DNA from: Geosiphon pyriformis uo1
Taxonomy: Eukaryota; Fungi; Glomeromycota
NCBI GenBank assembly: GCA_016748015.1
Contig: JAAOMT010000327.1
Span: forward strand, 28,966-92,965
DNA length: 64,000 nt
Reading direction: 5' to 3'
Positions 1 to 11,884 of the stretch are shown here, one piece after another; within the stretch, counting starts at the first letter, position 1; each line of letters starts with the position of its first letter. A program made the translations under genes and the position numbers. The notes below the pieces were generated by a model. It was given only the letters and a program-made list of their open reading frames with translations, did no database searches and had not been told where the DNA came from.

Positions 1-2905
1 CAGAATCCTGAAAAACCCCAGTTCATTCCAGATTTTGCACAATTATTCTTATTCTGTGACATTACCTTACAAGTATAAAATTTGCCAAAAGAAAGTTACT
101 TGTTCACACCAGAAGAGATCAATAAATTGAATTTAGGAAATTTAAGTACCCTGCAACAAATACAACTTAAAGTCCTTCTGAATCAGTATGCTGATGTCTT
201 TGCCAGTAAAAATGAGTTCAGATGCACCGACATTGTGAAGCATCAGATTGATACAGGAGATGCTCGACCAATTAAGCAATGAGCTTACCACATACCCCCA
301 TCTGGCGATAACCTAATTAAGCAAGAAGTGCAATGGATGCTTGATAACAGCCTAATCAAAGAATCATTAAGCCCTTGGTCCTCGCCAGTAGTCTTGGTCA
401 CCAAGAAAAACGGAAAGGTGCGATTCTGCATAGATTATTGAAAACTAAATAGCATCATGCAAGGAGATAGTTATCCCACTCCCCTCATCCAGGAAATTCT
501 GGACAATCTAGGAAAAAAAAAATGGTTCTCGTTATTAGATTTAGCAAGTGGTTACTGGCAAGTTGAAATAGACTCCAAAAACAAAGAAAAAACAGCATTT
601 ACCACTCGAGATAGAAACTTCGAGTTTAACGTAATGCCTTTTGGACTTTGTAATACTCCTGCCACATTTCAACACCTGATGGATGTAGTATACAAAGAAA
701 TCCTTTGGAAATCAGTAGTAGTCTAACTAGACAACACAAACGTGTTCTCTGAAACATTTGAAGACCATCTGCTCCACCTGCAACAAGTCTTCAAACACTT
801 TTATAGTGCTGGATTAAAACTCAATTCTGGGAAGTGCTTCTTTGGAAAAACCGAGTTAAAATTCCTAGAACATGTAATCGGCAAGGATGGAGTTAAACCT
901 GATCCAGATTAAGTACAAAAAGTCAAGAATTTTCCAGCCCCAATCAACCTTAGAGAATTATGAGGATTTCTAAGATTAGCAAAATATTATCGTTGATTTG
1001 TCAAAGGTTTATTGAACATCACAAAACCACTCCATCAATTGTTGTTTAAATATGTACCGTACTTGTGGAAGGAAGATTAACAGAAAGCATTCGACTATCT
1101 TAAGCAGCGATTGATCACATCCCCAATCCTAATTTATCCAGATTTCACTAAATGGTTCATTGTCGCTACGGACGCCTCAAAAAATGCTCTAGGAACAGTC
1201 TTATTACAGATAGAACCGGACAATAGAGAACACCCAGTTGCCTATGCTAGTCGCAGCATTAGCCCAGCATAAAAAAATTACAGCACAACAGATCTGGAAT
1301 GTCTCACCATTTATTGGGCTGTACAAACTTGGAAACATTACCTCAGTCAACTATTTAACCTATATACTGACCACAAAGGACTTATTTGGTTACTCAACAA
1401 TCCACAACTAGAAGAAAAATATGCGAGATGAAGTACTTATCTACAACAATTTTCACTCAAAGTCTATTACAAGGAAGGATCCAAAAACACTAATGCTGAC
1501 AGTTTGTCGAGGATGCCACAAACCTAATCTCAGACCCATGAATACACTTACTTATCAATGACTACATCAGTACCTATCAACACTACATTTCAAGGAGATA
1601 TTATCTCAACAGGAACAGAGTACCATATGAAAACAAACCTGAAATTATTTTATTCAAGATAACCAACTATATCGATGAGAACGCCGAAACCACCCCAACC
1701 CACAATGACTAATCATGGACAGTGAAAGAGAAACTATACTATATAGCGTGCACTCAGATCTGACTGCAAGACACTTTAACAAAGATGCTACTCTCGAAAG
1801 AACACTAAACTTATACTATTGGCCAATGATGCACAAAGACATTTTCGAATATGTGCTCAATTATGATGCATGCCAGTGAAAAGGAGAAGCAAGATCAACA
1901 GAACCACTTCGACCCATTCCAGTTGAAAATTCATTTGATAGAATCAGGATCAATTTGGTTGGATTTTTTTCAATTACATCTCAAGGAAATTGCTATATTG
2001 CTGTAGCCATAGACTATCTTACAAAATAGCTAGAAGCCAGAGCAATCCAAGTGGCCGACGCCAAAACAGTCACCGAATTTGTGCATCAAGATCTAATTTG
2101 CTGACATGGATGTCCGAAAGAATTATTATTTGATCAGAGAACACATTTTGTTAATAATATGCTGATTGAACTAAGCCAACAGTTTGGAATAAAGAGACCC
2201 TTATTGTCACCATACCACCCACAAACAAATAGACTGGTAGAACAATTTAACAGAACACTGTATAAAGCACTAACAAAAATAAGTCATAAAAACAGACAAG
2301 AATAGGACTTATTCATATCTTTTGTACTCTTTGCATACCGAACATTGAAACAAAATATGACTCAGTTCACACCGTTTGAACTAGTCTATGGAAGAAAAGC
2401 TATGTTACTGATTGAACGAGTGATACCGTCATACCCAACAGAAACAATCAATGAAAAGAATTTTGAGACTACTTTATACCAAAGAACGTACCAGCTAATA
2501 GAAACGTTGGAAAACAATTGAAGAACAGCAGCTGACAATATTAGTCACACTCAAAAACGACAAAAAGAAAGACATGATAAACACCTATCAGAACAACCAA
2601 TGAAATTCAAGATTGGAGACCAAGTACTGTTACATTGTACAAAAGCTGAAAAACAGTGGAGTGGAAAGTTCGACCCAAAGTGGGACAGTCCATTCCACAT
2701 ACACAAAGCATTAGGAAATAAAGCTTACAAATTATGATTGGAAGACAGAATTTTAAAGAAAGTAGCACATGGAAATTGGTTAAAAATTTATCATGTAAAA
2801 CAGGAATCATCATCATCAGTACCTCAATTAGGAATACAAATTTCATTAATCAGACCAGAAGATATACTATGAGATCTGGAACCAATCATTATTATCAAAA
2901 CGTAG
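1..2905 (+). pseudogene. pol: Gypsy pol pseudogene (RT, RNase H, integrase with HHCC and GPY/F domains)
   Basis: Motifs SPWSSPVVLV..KKNGKVRFCIDY, LDLASGYWQ, KTAF, MPFGLCNTPATFQ, V*LDN (YLDD), ATDAS (RNase H), H..H..YYWP..CQ, DYLTK, SPYHPQTN, FKIGDQVLL..KFDPKWDSPF. Many in-frame stops and some frameshifts. Confidence 0.95.
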
Positions 2906-2985
2906 ACAATGGGCAGCAAATTAAATTGGGGAATTCAAATATATATAGCATCCGAAAAGCAGCAAGAAACAATAGAAATTTCAAC

Positions 2986-3721
2986 ATGGACCTTTCAGAT
3001 CAAATTTTAAAATTATCTAAACAATTATTTGAAACAATTCAAAAATTGACATCTCAAATAGAAATAACAATTGATAAAAAAGAGATATGGTACAAAGATA
3101 AGAGCAGGAGAGGGGAGGACGAAAGTTCAATTAGAACTAAACATTCCCTCCCCTACCCACCACCTGAAAGGCAATGTGGGAGAAAAAATTGCTTTTGGGT
3201 AGGGGATGGAAAAGAAGGAGGCAAAGAACGAGAAAAAGGTTACAAAAAAAGATACTTGGTCCCCAAGCTTGAAGAAATAAAAAAAGCTTTAGCTCGTGGG
3301 ACCGAACTCCCCAAAACAAGGGAGTGAACACCTGACAACGCCCAGGAATGGAAAGAAAGACTTTTTCCAGCTTATTGGTTCTACAAAATTGGTAGAACAG
3401 CTTGACTTGAAAATACCATACAAAGACCTCAGCCAGAAAACGTTCAACAAAGAAGCAATACAACCAGTAGAAAAATTCGTAGGGAAAAACAACCTGACCC
3501 TACATTACAAAGCAGCATACTGACTATACACTGTCTTCTAACATTGTCCAAATGTACTACTGAATAGATCTATGAAAACCATAATGGTTAACAGCATAGG
3601 ATGAATAACTAATCAACAATTCGAAGACCTACAAAAGACAATACTCGAGGCAACAATTGAACATTACATGAATGAAGCCACGATAACAGATACATATGAT
3701 TTCGCAGGAGTTCAATTTTAA
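2986..3721 (+). pseudogene. Additional ORF3 of Gypsy copy A between integrase and PPT; unknown function
   Basis: MDLSDQILKLSKQLFETIQ... (in ORF 2734..3327) continues after one frameshift into ...KNNLTLHYKAAY*LYTVF...DFAGVQF* (frame of ORF 3296..3523). Homologous reading frames lie at ~35354-35992 and ~43300-43925. Confidence 0.75.
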
Positions 3722-3735
3722 AAAGAGAGAGATAA

Positions 3736-4390
3736 TGTTACCTGAGTAGAAAAACTGATCCAAAGTTATGAAAAAATGTGACCAAAACATGACATAACAC
3801 AGAATAATGCGCAATAACGTTGGATAACACATTATAACATTGGATAATGTGTTATAATGCAGGATAACACAGAATAGTGCGCAATAATATAAGATAATGT
3901 GTTATAATGCAGGATAACACAGAATAACATATAATAATGTCAGATAATGTATTATAACATAGAATAACTAGCGATAACATAGAAAAACAAAGCAATAACA
4001 GAAACAACAAAGCAATAGTTAGTGATAGCGAGACAATTGAAAGCAATCCTGTAAAACCAAAAGAATATATAAAAGCAAGTAGTTGTAGAAGTGAGAAAAG
4101 ACAGAAAAGAAAAAATAGATACGAAACTCTAAACCAGAAATTAAAATATCCATACCCCTTCATCTTTTATTATCTTCCCTATTTCATCTCCTGAAATAAA
4201 CCAATTATTAAAAGAAATCAGAATCACAAATTCATGTTCTCAAACTTCATGGAATTTACGTGAATTAACTCTTGTTTTGTACCTCCATTCTAGAACAGAT
4301 GCTCTTAGCATAACCGCCTCGAACCTATTAACAATTTGGACCAATCGCTCTTGATTACAGCAATTGATGATACTAATTTATCTTTTCTCT

Positions 4391-4423
<33 letters not shown>

Positions 4424-4826
4424 TTCTGTCTTATTTTTTGTGAAGCAGCAACATAGTAAAATTGACTGTCTGGAAATAGACTTCGTGATAGCCTGGTAAA
4501 AGAGAGAAGCTCCCCCCTAAGTTTTGGATATTAACATTATTTTGTTAGCTTACCAGAAGGGCGAAAAGACAATGCCAAACCCTAACAACTGCGCTCGTTA
4601 ACTCGGAAAAGAAAGCTCACATTTATGAAAAACGTTGCAATTGATGAAAGACAAACTCTGTGCCTTATAACCAAAGAACTCAACAGGTAAAATTCACATC
4701 CAGGAATAGACTTTTAGAGACTGATAATCAATACTAAGCCAACAGAATTATGCGGAAGATACATCATCAATAATTGAGAGCACCAAACATTACCATTTTC
4801 CATACCCATCAAGTTTACTCATAATA
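3736..4826 (+). repeat. 3' LTR of Gypsy copy A (~1.09 kb)
   Basis: TGTTA...TAA(C>T)A termini, preceded by the PPT; colinear with 36006-36857. Confidence 0.85.
3794..3983 (+). repeat. 10-bp-period minisatellite (ATAAY-N5) x19 inside the LTR
   Basis: Units ATAACACAGA, ATAATGCGCA, ATAACGTTGG, ATAATGTGTT, ATAATGCAGG etc. start at 3794, 3804, 3814 ... 3974 with no indels. Confidence 0.95.
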
Positions 4827-6744
4827 GCGTCTTCGACAACCAAGCCAACTGCAAACACAGGAGATTGGGTAGACATACCCTTCAAAACAGAAAAATTATC
4901 ACCATGAAGAACACCAAACTTGCTGCATGCTAAAAAGATTCTATCGGAAAGAATTTTGGAGAGAATCTTCCTAGCAGTCTCAATCAAAGCAATAGGCCAT
5001 GTGTTTGTAAGAATCCCATTCCAATCATAGGGTTTGGAGATCATCGAGACCCAAGCCCTTCTCCATAGAACAGGAACACCACCAACTGACAAACATGTAT
5101 TCAACAATCTTAAAAGATGCCCTGCCATCTTAGCTCTACCCTGCTTCCACAGTTTGTTAGGAATGCCAGACAAACCAGCAGCTTTGCCATTTGGTAGACC
5201 ATTGATAGCCAAAAGCAACTCACTCAAACCAACTGTGACCATTACACCAGAAAAAGCACAATCCTGAACATACTCCAAAGGTGTATATTGACGGGTCCAC
5301 AGATCAGGCATCATTAAAGGCACAGCCCACTTTCTTGTCCAACCTTCCATAATTCTATCAACTCCAAGCTTCACTTCCTCAGGCTCCAAGATCAAATCAT
5401 CATCCACAACCAAGTGATCTAACACCACTTTATGAAAAGGCCGCTCTAAAACACTTCTAATTATACTATCTTTGTCAGAACAAAAATTTTCCATACATCT
5501 TGAGATAGCCAGTCTGATAGCAGCCTTCTTGGCCAATTTTGACTCATACATTTTAGATCTTCTGTACTTTTTACAAACCAATGCTAAATGTTTAAGCACC
5601 ACTGCAGATTTCACATTCAAACCTACCAAATTGGCAAAAACATGGGCCCTGTCATTATCTAAAGTTGACCAAACCCTTACCAGACAATCTATGCTAAACA
5701 AGTCACCCGAGCTGAATCTTTTAACAATTTTGGCAACCAACAACTCCAGTCCAAAGAATCTTGAAGAATGTCTATTCCTAGAACAATGAAATTCACTAAA
5801 CCACAGCTTAGAAAATATCTCATCAGCCAAATCCACTATCATCTTTTCCAAAACCATCCACATAGCATCCAAATCACCATGCAATTCAGCATCAGAAAAT
5901 CCATCTTTAGTAACCAAAAGCTTGGTACAAAGGCAATCTCTAAATTTAGCCCACTTGGAACCATCAGCATCCTTAAACCTGAATTTTCAACAATTCTTGT
6001 TAGTCTGCTTATGCACACTATTTAACTAAACATCTAAGAGTTCACCTAATCCAATTGAGACCAGAACAGTCTTATGGTCAGTGTCAAAAAAATTCGAAAT
6101 AGAGCAAACCCAATGGCCAGTGACAGCAGAAGACAAATTCTCACTGACAAAAATGAAATCAATAGTCTTCTCAACTTCTTGAGAATTGCTTTATGTGGAA
6201 GCTTTAGTCAAATGATAATTTGCAAAAGAATTAACCAAACCCAAACTCAAACAAAACTTGAATGTCACACTTCTTCCAGATCTATTCTCATTAAAATTAC
6301 CACCCAGAACCACAAAAATACTAGAGTTGACAGCCCTTGCAATTAAAGAGTTTACCTCTGAAGCCTAATCAAATCTAGTTCCAGAAGAGACACCAGTATA
6401 TAAACCAAGAACTGTGATGGAGAACTTGTCTTTGAATAAAAGTTTTACTGAAATAACCCGGCCAGGAATTTCCACAACTTCAGACACATGATGAGCCAAA
6501 AAATTGTCCATAATCACAGCCACCCCAGCCTCAAGAAAACTTTTATCCAAACCTAACTGAAAACTCGTACACCCTTGAACCTATTCGCAATCCATAGTTT
6601 AACACTGGACCTCAATTTAGTTTCTGTAACAAAGGACACTACACAACCAGAATCCATATGCCAATGCATAATATCTACTTGCTTTGCATGGACATTGATA
6701 TCACGAACATTACATGTACCAAATTTCTAAACTAGTTTATTTAT
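4827..6744 (-). pseudogene. LINE ORF2 N-terminal part (APE endonuclease and start of RT)
   Basis: TCNVR, VTETKL, GVAVIM, LGGNFN, IDFIFV, DTDHK (APE); LPNGKAAGLSGI, PKPYDW, PIALIETARKILSKIL (RT). Confidence 0.92.
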
Positions 6745-8708
6745 TGGGAGAAAAGAGTTAAAACAGAACCTGAACCAGAACACAAAAAGTCCAACTTCAC
6801 CAAAACTGAACCAACAGATGCATCCAAAGCCATTAACTTAGACTCCAATCCACCAACTTTGGCAGTAAGGATCTTCGAACTACTCAGACCAATATCAAAA
6901 GCTGTATTATCAATAACTGGAAGAGGAGTAGAGCATGAAACCAAAGAAACGTCTATCACCATATCCAATCCTGGAGCTGATATGGCTGGAAGAAGAGCAT
7001 GAGAAACAAGTGGCAAAGGCACCAACTCGACAAAGCTAAGCCTTTTTAAAATATCAGAAACCTGATCAGCTACAAACTCTAAAGAGCACTCCAAAGACCC
7101 CAACTGATCACTCAAGCTAGAAATGTCAGAAAAAAAAGCATTCTTCAAAGAAAGCTTCACACCAGAAACAGTACCAACACCAAAAACCTCTGAAGAGACC
7201 GCATAAAAAGGAAAGCTACCAGCAACTTGGGCTCATGTCTTACTGCCAAAAGAAACTGGACGAGCAATGGAAGCCTGCTTTTGCTTATATATACCAGCCA
7301 GACGAACCTGATCCTGAGAGGTAACTACACACCTATCATGACTACCAGCATTTCCACTCACAGAGCACACACTAGAAACATGACCAAATTGTCAACATTC
7401 GGCACAACAGGCCAAAAAGAGTCCAGTCCAATGCAAATTTACACCCTTGAAAATTGGGACAGTGCCAATAGCAGCCAATTTGGACATCTCATTCTCAAAA
7501 CAAATCACAGCGCACTGATCACGAACATATAAATTAAGATTACAACCAATGAAACAAGTTTTCTCATCATATGAATTCACCAAACTTGACAAATCATGAG
7601 TGGTTGTACTAACTGAAAGAGTGTAAAGCAAAGCCCAATGACAGTCCTTGGACATCCATGTTTGTTTGTCATCAACAGCCAAAGCCACATGAACTGAATC
7701 TTTTCCCATGAAAATAGACCACTTAGAAGCGACCAAACTGGCAACCTCTAATGACTCAAACTCCACTAAGGCCTTTTGCCAAAGACTAATTAATTGCAAT
7801 TTAATGAAAACAATCCTACCAAATTTAGAAAGTACTGATTCCACAGCCAATATGGGAAGATCTACAGGAATCTCCTTAATTATTACCTCCCAATTCAAAC
7901 GAATGTTTACTTTCTTGAGATCATCATTCACAATAATTTTTTTACAGATCACCAACTTTCTGGCCTTAACCAAACTAGACTCACTTGTAAAAGTTGATCT
8001 AATGACTCCAAGAAATTTTAAAGAAGTTGAAGCACCCCCAAAACTGTCAATTTTATAAAAAATCTTTTTGATCTTAAATAACTTATCACTATTTGACTTT
8101 TTAGGCACAGCTGACAACTTCACATCCAAAGCAAAAAATTTTACTGGCTCAAAACAACGACACTCTAAACCACATAACTTGGGTGGTGGCAACTAATTGA
8201 ACCCAACAAACATGCAAGGAGAGAGCTTCAAAACACTATTGTCATTATTTTTCAGGTTGAAAGAAGGTTGTTTCAGCAGTTTGTTTAAAACATACATCCT
8301 CGTTTTTGTCTTCCTTGGAGTAGTGTTATTCATCAAGTCATTGTTTTCAGAGACATTAGAATCAATGTAACTAGTTTCTTTGACAACCAAGTTTTTTATA
8401 TCCTCCAAGTTGGACACCTCACTGACATTATTACTCTTGTTCTCCACTTTGTTACTCCAAGATGCTTTATATTTACCACCATCAGCCAGCAATGGGTCCA
8501 CATACAAAAGTCCAGCTGAAGAATCTACTATGGCACTGGACATGACAGGTTTTCTCACTTTCTTAAAAGAGGCACCATGAGAGTAAACACTCTTAATGTG
8601 AGCCTTCTTTTTAGAGCCTGACCAGAATCCCAACCCAGTTGAAATTGAGCCCAAAACACCAGCAGAAGAGCCAGCTGGATCTATAGTCACAAATATAGAT
8701 ATGTCCAA
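6741..8708 (-). pseudogene. LINE ORF1 (RRM-like region and CCHC knuckle), fragmented
   Basis: ORFs 8193..8708, 7392..8192 and 6741..7160; IIKEIPVD, KFGRIV.IKLQL..LWQKALVEF, CAEC*QFGHVSSVC. Matches ORF1 of LINE copy B. Confidence 0.88.
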
Positions 8709-8810
8709 AGAAATAGCAATAAAAACAAAAGGAAAAAGGAATAAAGGAAATGTACTTCTTTGGCAGAATAACTTTGCTTTCGGTGTGGCCAGGGAATTGA
8801 CGAGAGAAAA

Positions 8811-11195
8811 AATTTTAAATTAATTTATGAACCAAAAGTAAAAATAATATATTGTAATTATTAACAAAATTAAAAAACCAATTTGCTAATTTTAAAAGCA
8901 GTATAATTAACAAAAATTTATTAACTTGTTTTTAAATATATTATAAAAACCAAAAATTTCAATATTATTTTTTATTATTAAAACTAATTTGCAAACAAAA
9001 ACAGCTTTAGCAGCTATAAAAGTTTTAAATACATAATAACATATTATTATTAGCCAGTAAACTTTAAATATTTTTCTAAAAATCTTACCAAAAATATGTA
9101 AATTAATAATTTTTAAAATATTTTTTTATTTTTAATTAGTGGTATTTTTCAATCAAAGTTCTTTTTAAGAGATATATTAAAATTAATTTCAATATTGTTT
9201 TTATATTTTTAAGAATCTCAAAGTTTTTAATAATATGCTAATTAATAAATTAATTTTTTATTGTTTTTATTTTTATTATTATTATTACTTTACAAATAGC
9301 CAAAAAAACTAAAAACTTCAAAAAACAACAACAGTTATTTATATTTATTATTGTTATATTAAACTTCTTTATAGTTTCAAATAAAATTTTAAATAAAATT
9401 ACTTTATTAGTATTTAATTTTTTTTCTAATATAAATAATAACAATAATAATATATTTTTTAAAATAAATCAAAATTAACTACTAATTATATTATTAAATA
9501 TTATGTTTTTTAGCAGATTATTGTTAATTTTTAAAGCAAAATAACTTATTAAATTATCTAATTTTAAAAATTAGACTGATCAAATAGAAACTAAATTGCC
9601 ATTTTTTTTTGTTTTTTGGTATTATTTCTGATAATATTTAAAAACAATTTTTAGTTGTTAAAAATTTTTTAGGTAAATAATCTCTATTTTAATGTTTAAT
9701 AATATATTCAAAATTAAATTAATTTTGGTTAATTCTTTGTTTAAATTACTGTTTGATTTTATTAAGCTTAAATTAATTTCAAAAAACAATGTTAAATTGT
9801 TTTGTATAGATTTTGCTTTTGAATTTTTTAATTATTAATAATTTGTTTTTAATTATATTTAAGATTGTAAAATTTTTTGTAATATATTCTAATTTTTTTA
9901 TTTTTGCTGTACTTTATAATATCTTTTTTAACATATCTTTTAATAACATTAAAATGTTCTTGGTATTTTTGGTATTATTATTTTGGTTAAATTAATGTTT
10001 GCTAATTTGTAATAATATGTTGTTTATTTTAAAAAAATTTTTTGTTGTTACTATTTTTAATAATTAATCTGTACTAGTTAAAAAAAATAGTGTTAAATTT
10101 TTTTCTTTGTTTAACTAAAAAAAAGTTATTATCTCAAAAAACTTTCAAAATTAAATTATTTAATCTTTTTTTTAGGTGTATTTTCTATTTATTCTAATAC
10201 TTATAAAGTTTTTTTCAAATAATATAAAATTAAAAGAGTTTTTAGTTATTGTTAAAACATTGTTTTTAGTTTTAAATTAGGGTTTTTTCTATTTAAAGTT
10301 TTTTTAAGCAATTAATTAGAATTAATTCTAATATAATTATTATTATTATTACTATTAAAAATTCTAGAATTATAATAGTAAATTAATAATAAAACTGTTT
10401 TTTCTTTATATTTTTTGTAAATATTCAAAAAAGCAAAAAACAATTTTTTTAAACTTTAAATCCTAACTTAAAACAACTAATTTTTTTGAAATACTAAAAA
10501 TATTATTCTTTTTGGTGTTTTTTAAAACACTATTTTTACTTTAAAACTGTTTTTAATAAAAAATAAGACATTAACTTTATTTAATTTTTTGTTATTTATA
10601 TTAATCTTATTGCAACTGTATTAATTTATATTGATTTTTAATCAGACTGTAAATAATATTTTTTTTATTTATATAATAGCAATAACAACATATTTGTTAA
10701 GATTAGTTCTAATTAGTTTATGACTAAATTGCTTAATACATTAAATTTTTGTTAATTTTAATCAATTTTAAAAGCCAAACATATTATGTTTTTGTATAAT
10801 ACTTTAATAATTGATATATTAAATTTTTAAATTTTTAAAATTAGACTAATCTAATAAAAATTAAAATGCTTTTTCTGTTTTTAAGAATATTATCTCTGGT
10901 AATATTTAAAAATTACTATAAATTGTCTTAAATTTTTTAATTAAATGGCTTTTATTTTAGTGTTTAATAAAACTATTAAAATTATTTTTTAGTTTTTGTA
11001 TAATTTTTTAATTTAAAATTAACAGCAAAAAAAATATGAAACTTTTTTATATTAAATTTGTATCTTAAACTTTCTTAAATGCTGTTTTGCTGCTAAATTA
11101 CTTTATTTTTGGTTTAAAAAATAGATAAGTATTTATTAAATTAAATCTAAATAATCAATTATGTATTGTAAATAATTATAAATCAAATTTATAGT
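8811..11195 (-). mobile_element. Heavily hypermutated remnants, probably Gypsy gag N-terminal segments (two related copies)
   Basis: Extremely AT-rich; ~9570-9720 and ~10840-10985 are similar to each other; A-rich minus strand as in the other Gypsy sense strands. No diagnostic motif recovered. Confidence 0.35.
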
Positions 11196-11205
11196 GTATT
11201 ATTTA

Positions 11206-11874
11206 TTTATTTATTTTATTTATTTAACAAATAAGATCCAAATACTGTCTAGTGCAATACATCAAATATTCAATCTAAACTAAGTATGAATCATGTATTT
11301 TCTATATGTAACCAGCCACTTAAGCCGATCAGGACAACACTAAGCATTTATATAAACAGAGACAGAGTTCCCTATATTTAAAAACAAGTGAAGCTTTCGA
11401 AACCCAAAACCAATACCAAACATCTTATTAAACAGCCACATAGATATTTAACAAATGACAACAAACAGAATTATTAACCATGCAAGAAAAAACATGATTT
11501 AAAACTTCAATATTACCACAATATAAATACAATACACTAGGGTAATTCTTGTTGTATAGGTGCTTTTAAACAGCAATCAGGAATCAATAATGCAAAGCTT
11601 TTATGAAGTATATGTGAGCATTAGTAGTAGGTTTGCTAATGAAACTAACAGCCATATATGAATTGAAGTGCCATACCAAGGATGAGCTAGGCCAATTAAT
11701 ATTTGAGAGCAAACTAACATTCAAAATCTCAGATCCAGAACCAATCTCCCAGTATACACGATGAATAGACTAAAAAATTCCATAAACAAAATGTTTAGAA
11801 TTACCAAAAACAATATTACCACCAGCCAAAATACAATGTTTTTTTACATTGAAAGGAAGATATCAGGGAAAAAA
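11206..11874 (-). mobile_element. 5'-truncated LINE (end of ORF2, 3' UTR, (TAAA)n tail)
   Basis: Reverse complement matches the 3' end of LINE B, including GTGGCTGGTTACAT..AGAAAAT.CATGATTCA.ACTTAGTTTAGA. Candidate TSD GTATTATTTA at 11196-11205 and 11875-11884. Confidence 0.88.
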
Positions 11875-11884
11875 GTATTATTTA

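Larger units (their letters stand above)
1..4826 (+). mobile_element. Ty3/Gypsy LTR retrotransposon copy A (3' half: pol, ORF3, PPT, 3' LTR); the 5' part lies outside the window
   Basis: Domain order RT-RNaseH-integrase. The purine tract AAAAAGAGAGAGATAA (~3720-3735) is followed by TGTTA at 3736. The LTR ends ...ACTCATAATA at 4826 (TAACA with C->T), where homology to copy B also stops. Confidence 0.93.
4827..8810 (-). mobile_element. LINE (non-LTR retrotransposon) copy A, 5' part, interrupted within RT by Gypsy copy A
   Basis: ORF1-like and APE/RT sequences clearly homologous to 25477-32315. The RT frame stops at VFAVGLVVEDA, exactly at the Gypsy LTR end. Confidence 0.93.

Noticed and set aside
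1-2905. Alternative genetic code (TAA/TAG=Gln or TGA=Trp) explaining in-frame stops
   Set aside because: Stops replace Gln, Arg and Trp inconsistently, differ between copies, and accompany D>N, E>K and G>E changes and frameshifts. This is mutational decay.
2986-3721. env gene or chromodomain
   Set aside because: No hydrophobic signal or TM segment and no chromodomain aromatic-cage pattern visible.
3794-3983. CRISPR array
   Set aside because: 10-bp period, no 25-45 bp unique spacers, no cas genes, and it lies inside a eukaryotic LTR.
4572-4826. ATG-initiated ORF MPNPNNCAR... in LTR A
   Set aside because: About six stops in 85 codons, no better than random; the frame cannot be chosen from this copy.
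4822-4834. Decayed tRNA-iMet PBS (TAATAGCGTC resembling TGGTAGCGCC), implying tandem elements
   Set aside because: Better explained as the LTR end TAA(C>T)A joined to LINE RT codons on the minus strand.
2607-8580. Antisense ORFs (e.g. 2607..2846, 3137..3463, 3852..4163, 5034..6346, 7227..8580)
   Set aside because: Shadows of TE coding strands or of the minisatellite; no motifs.
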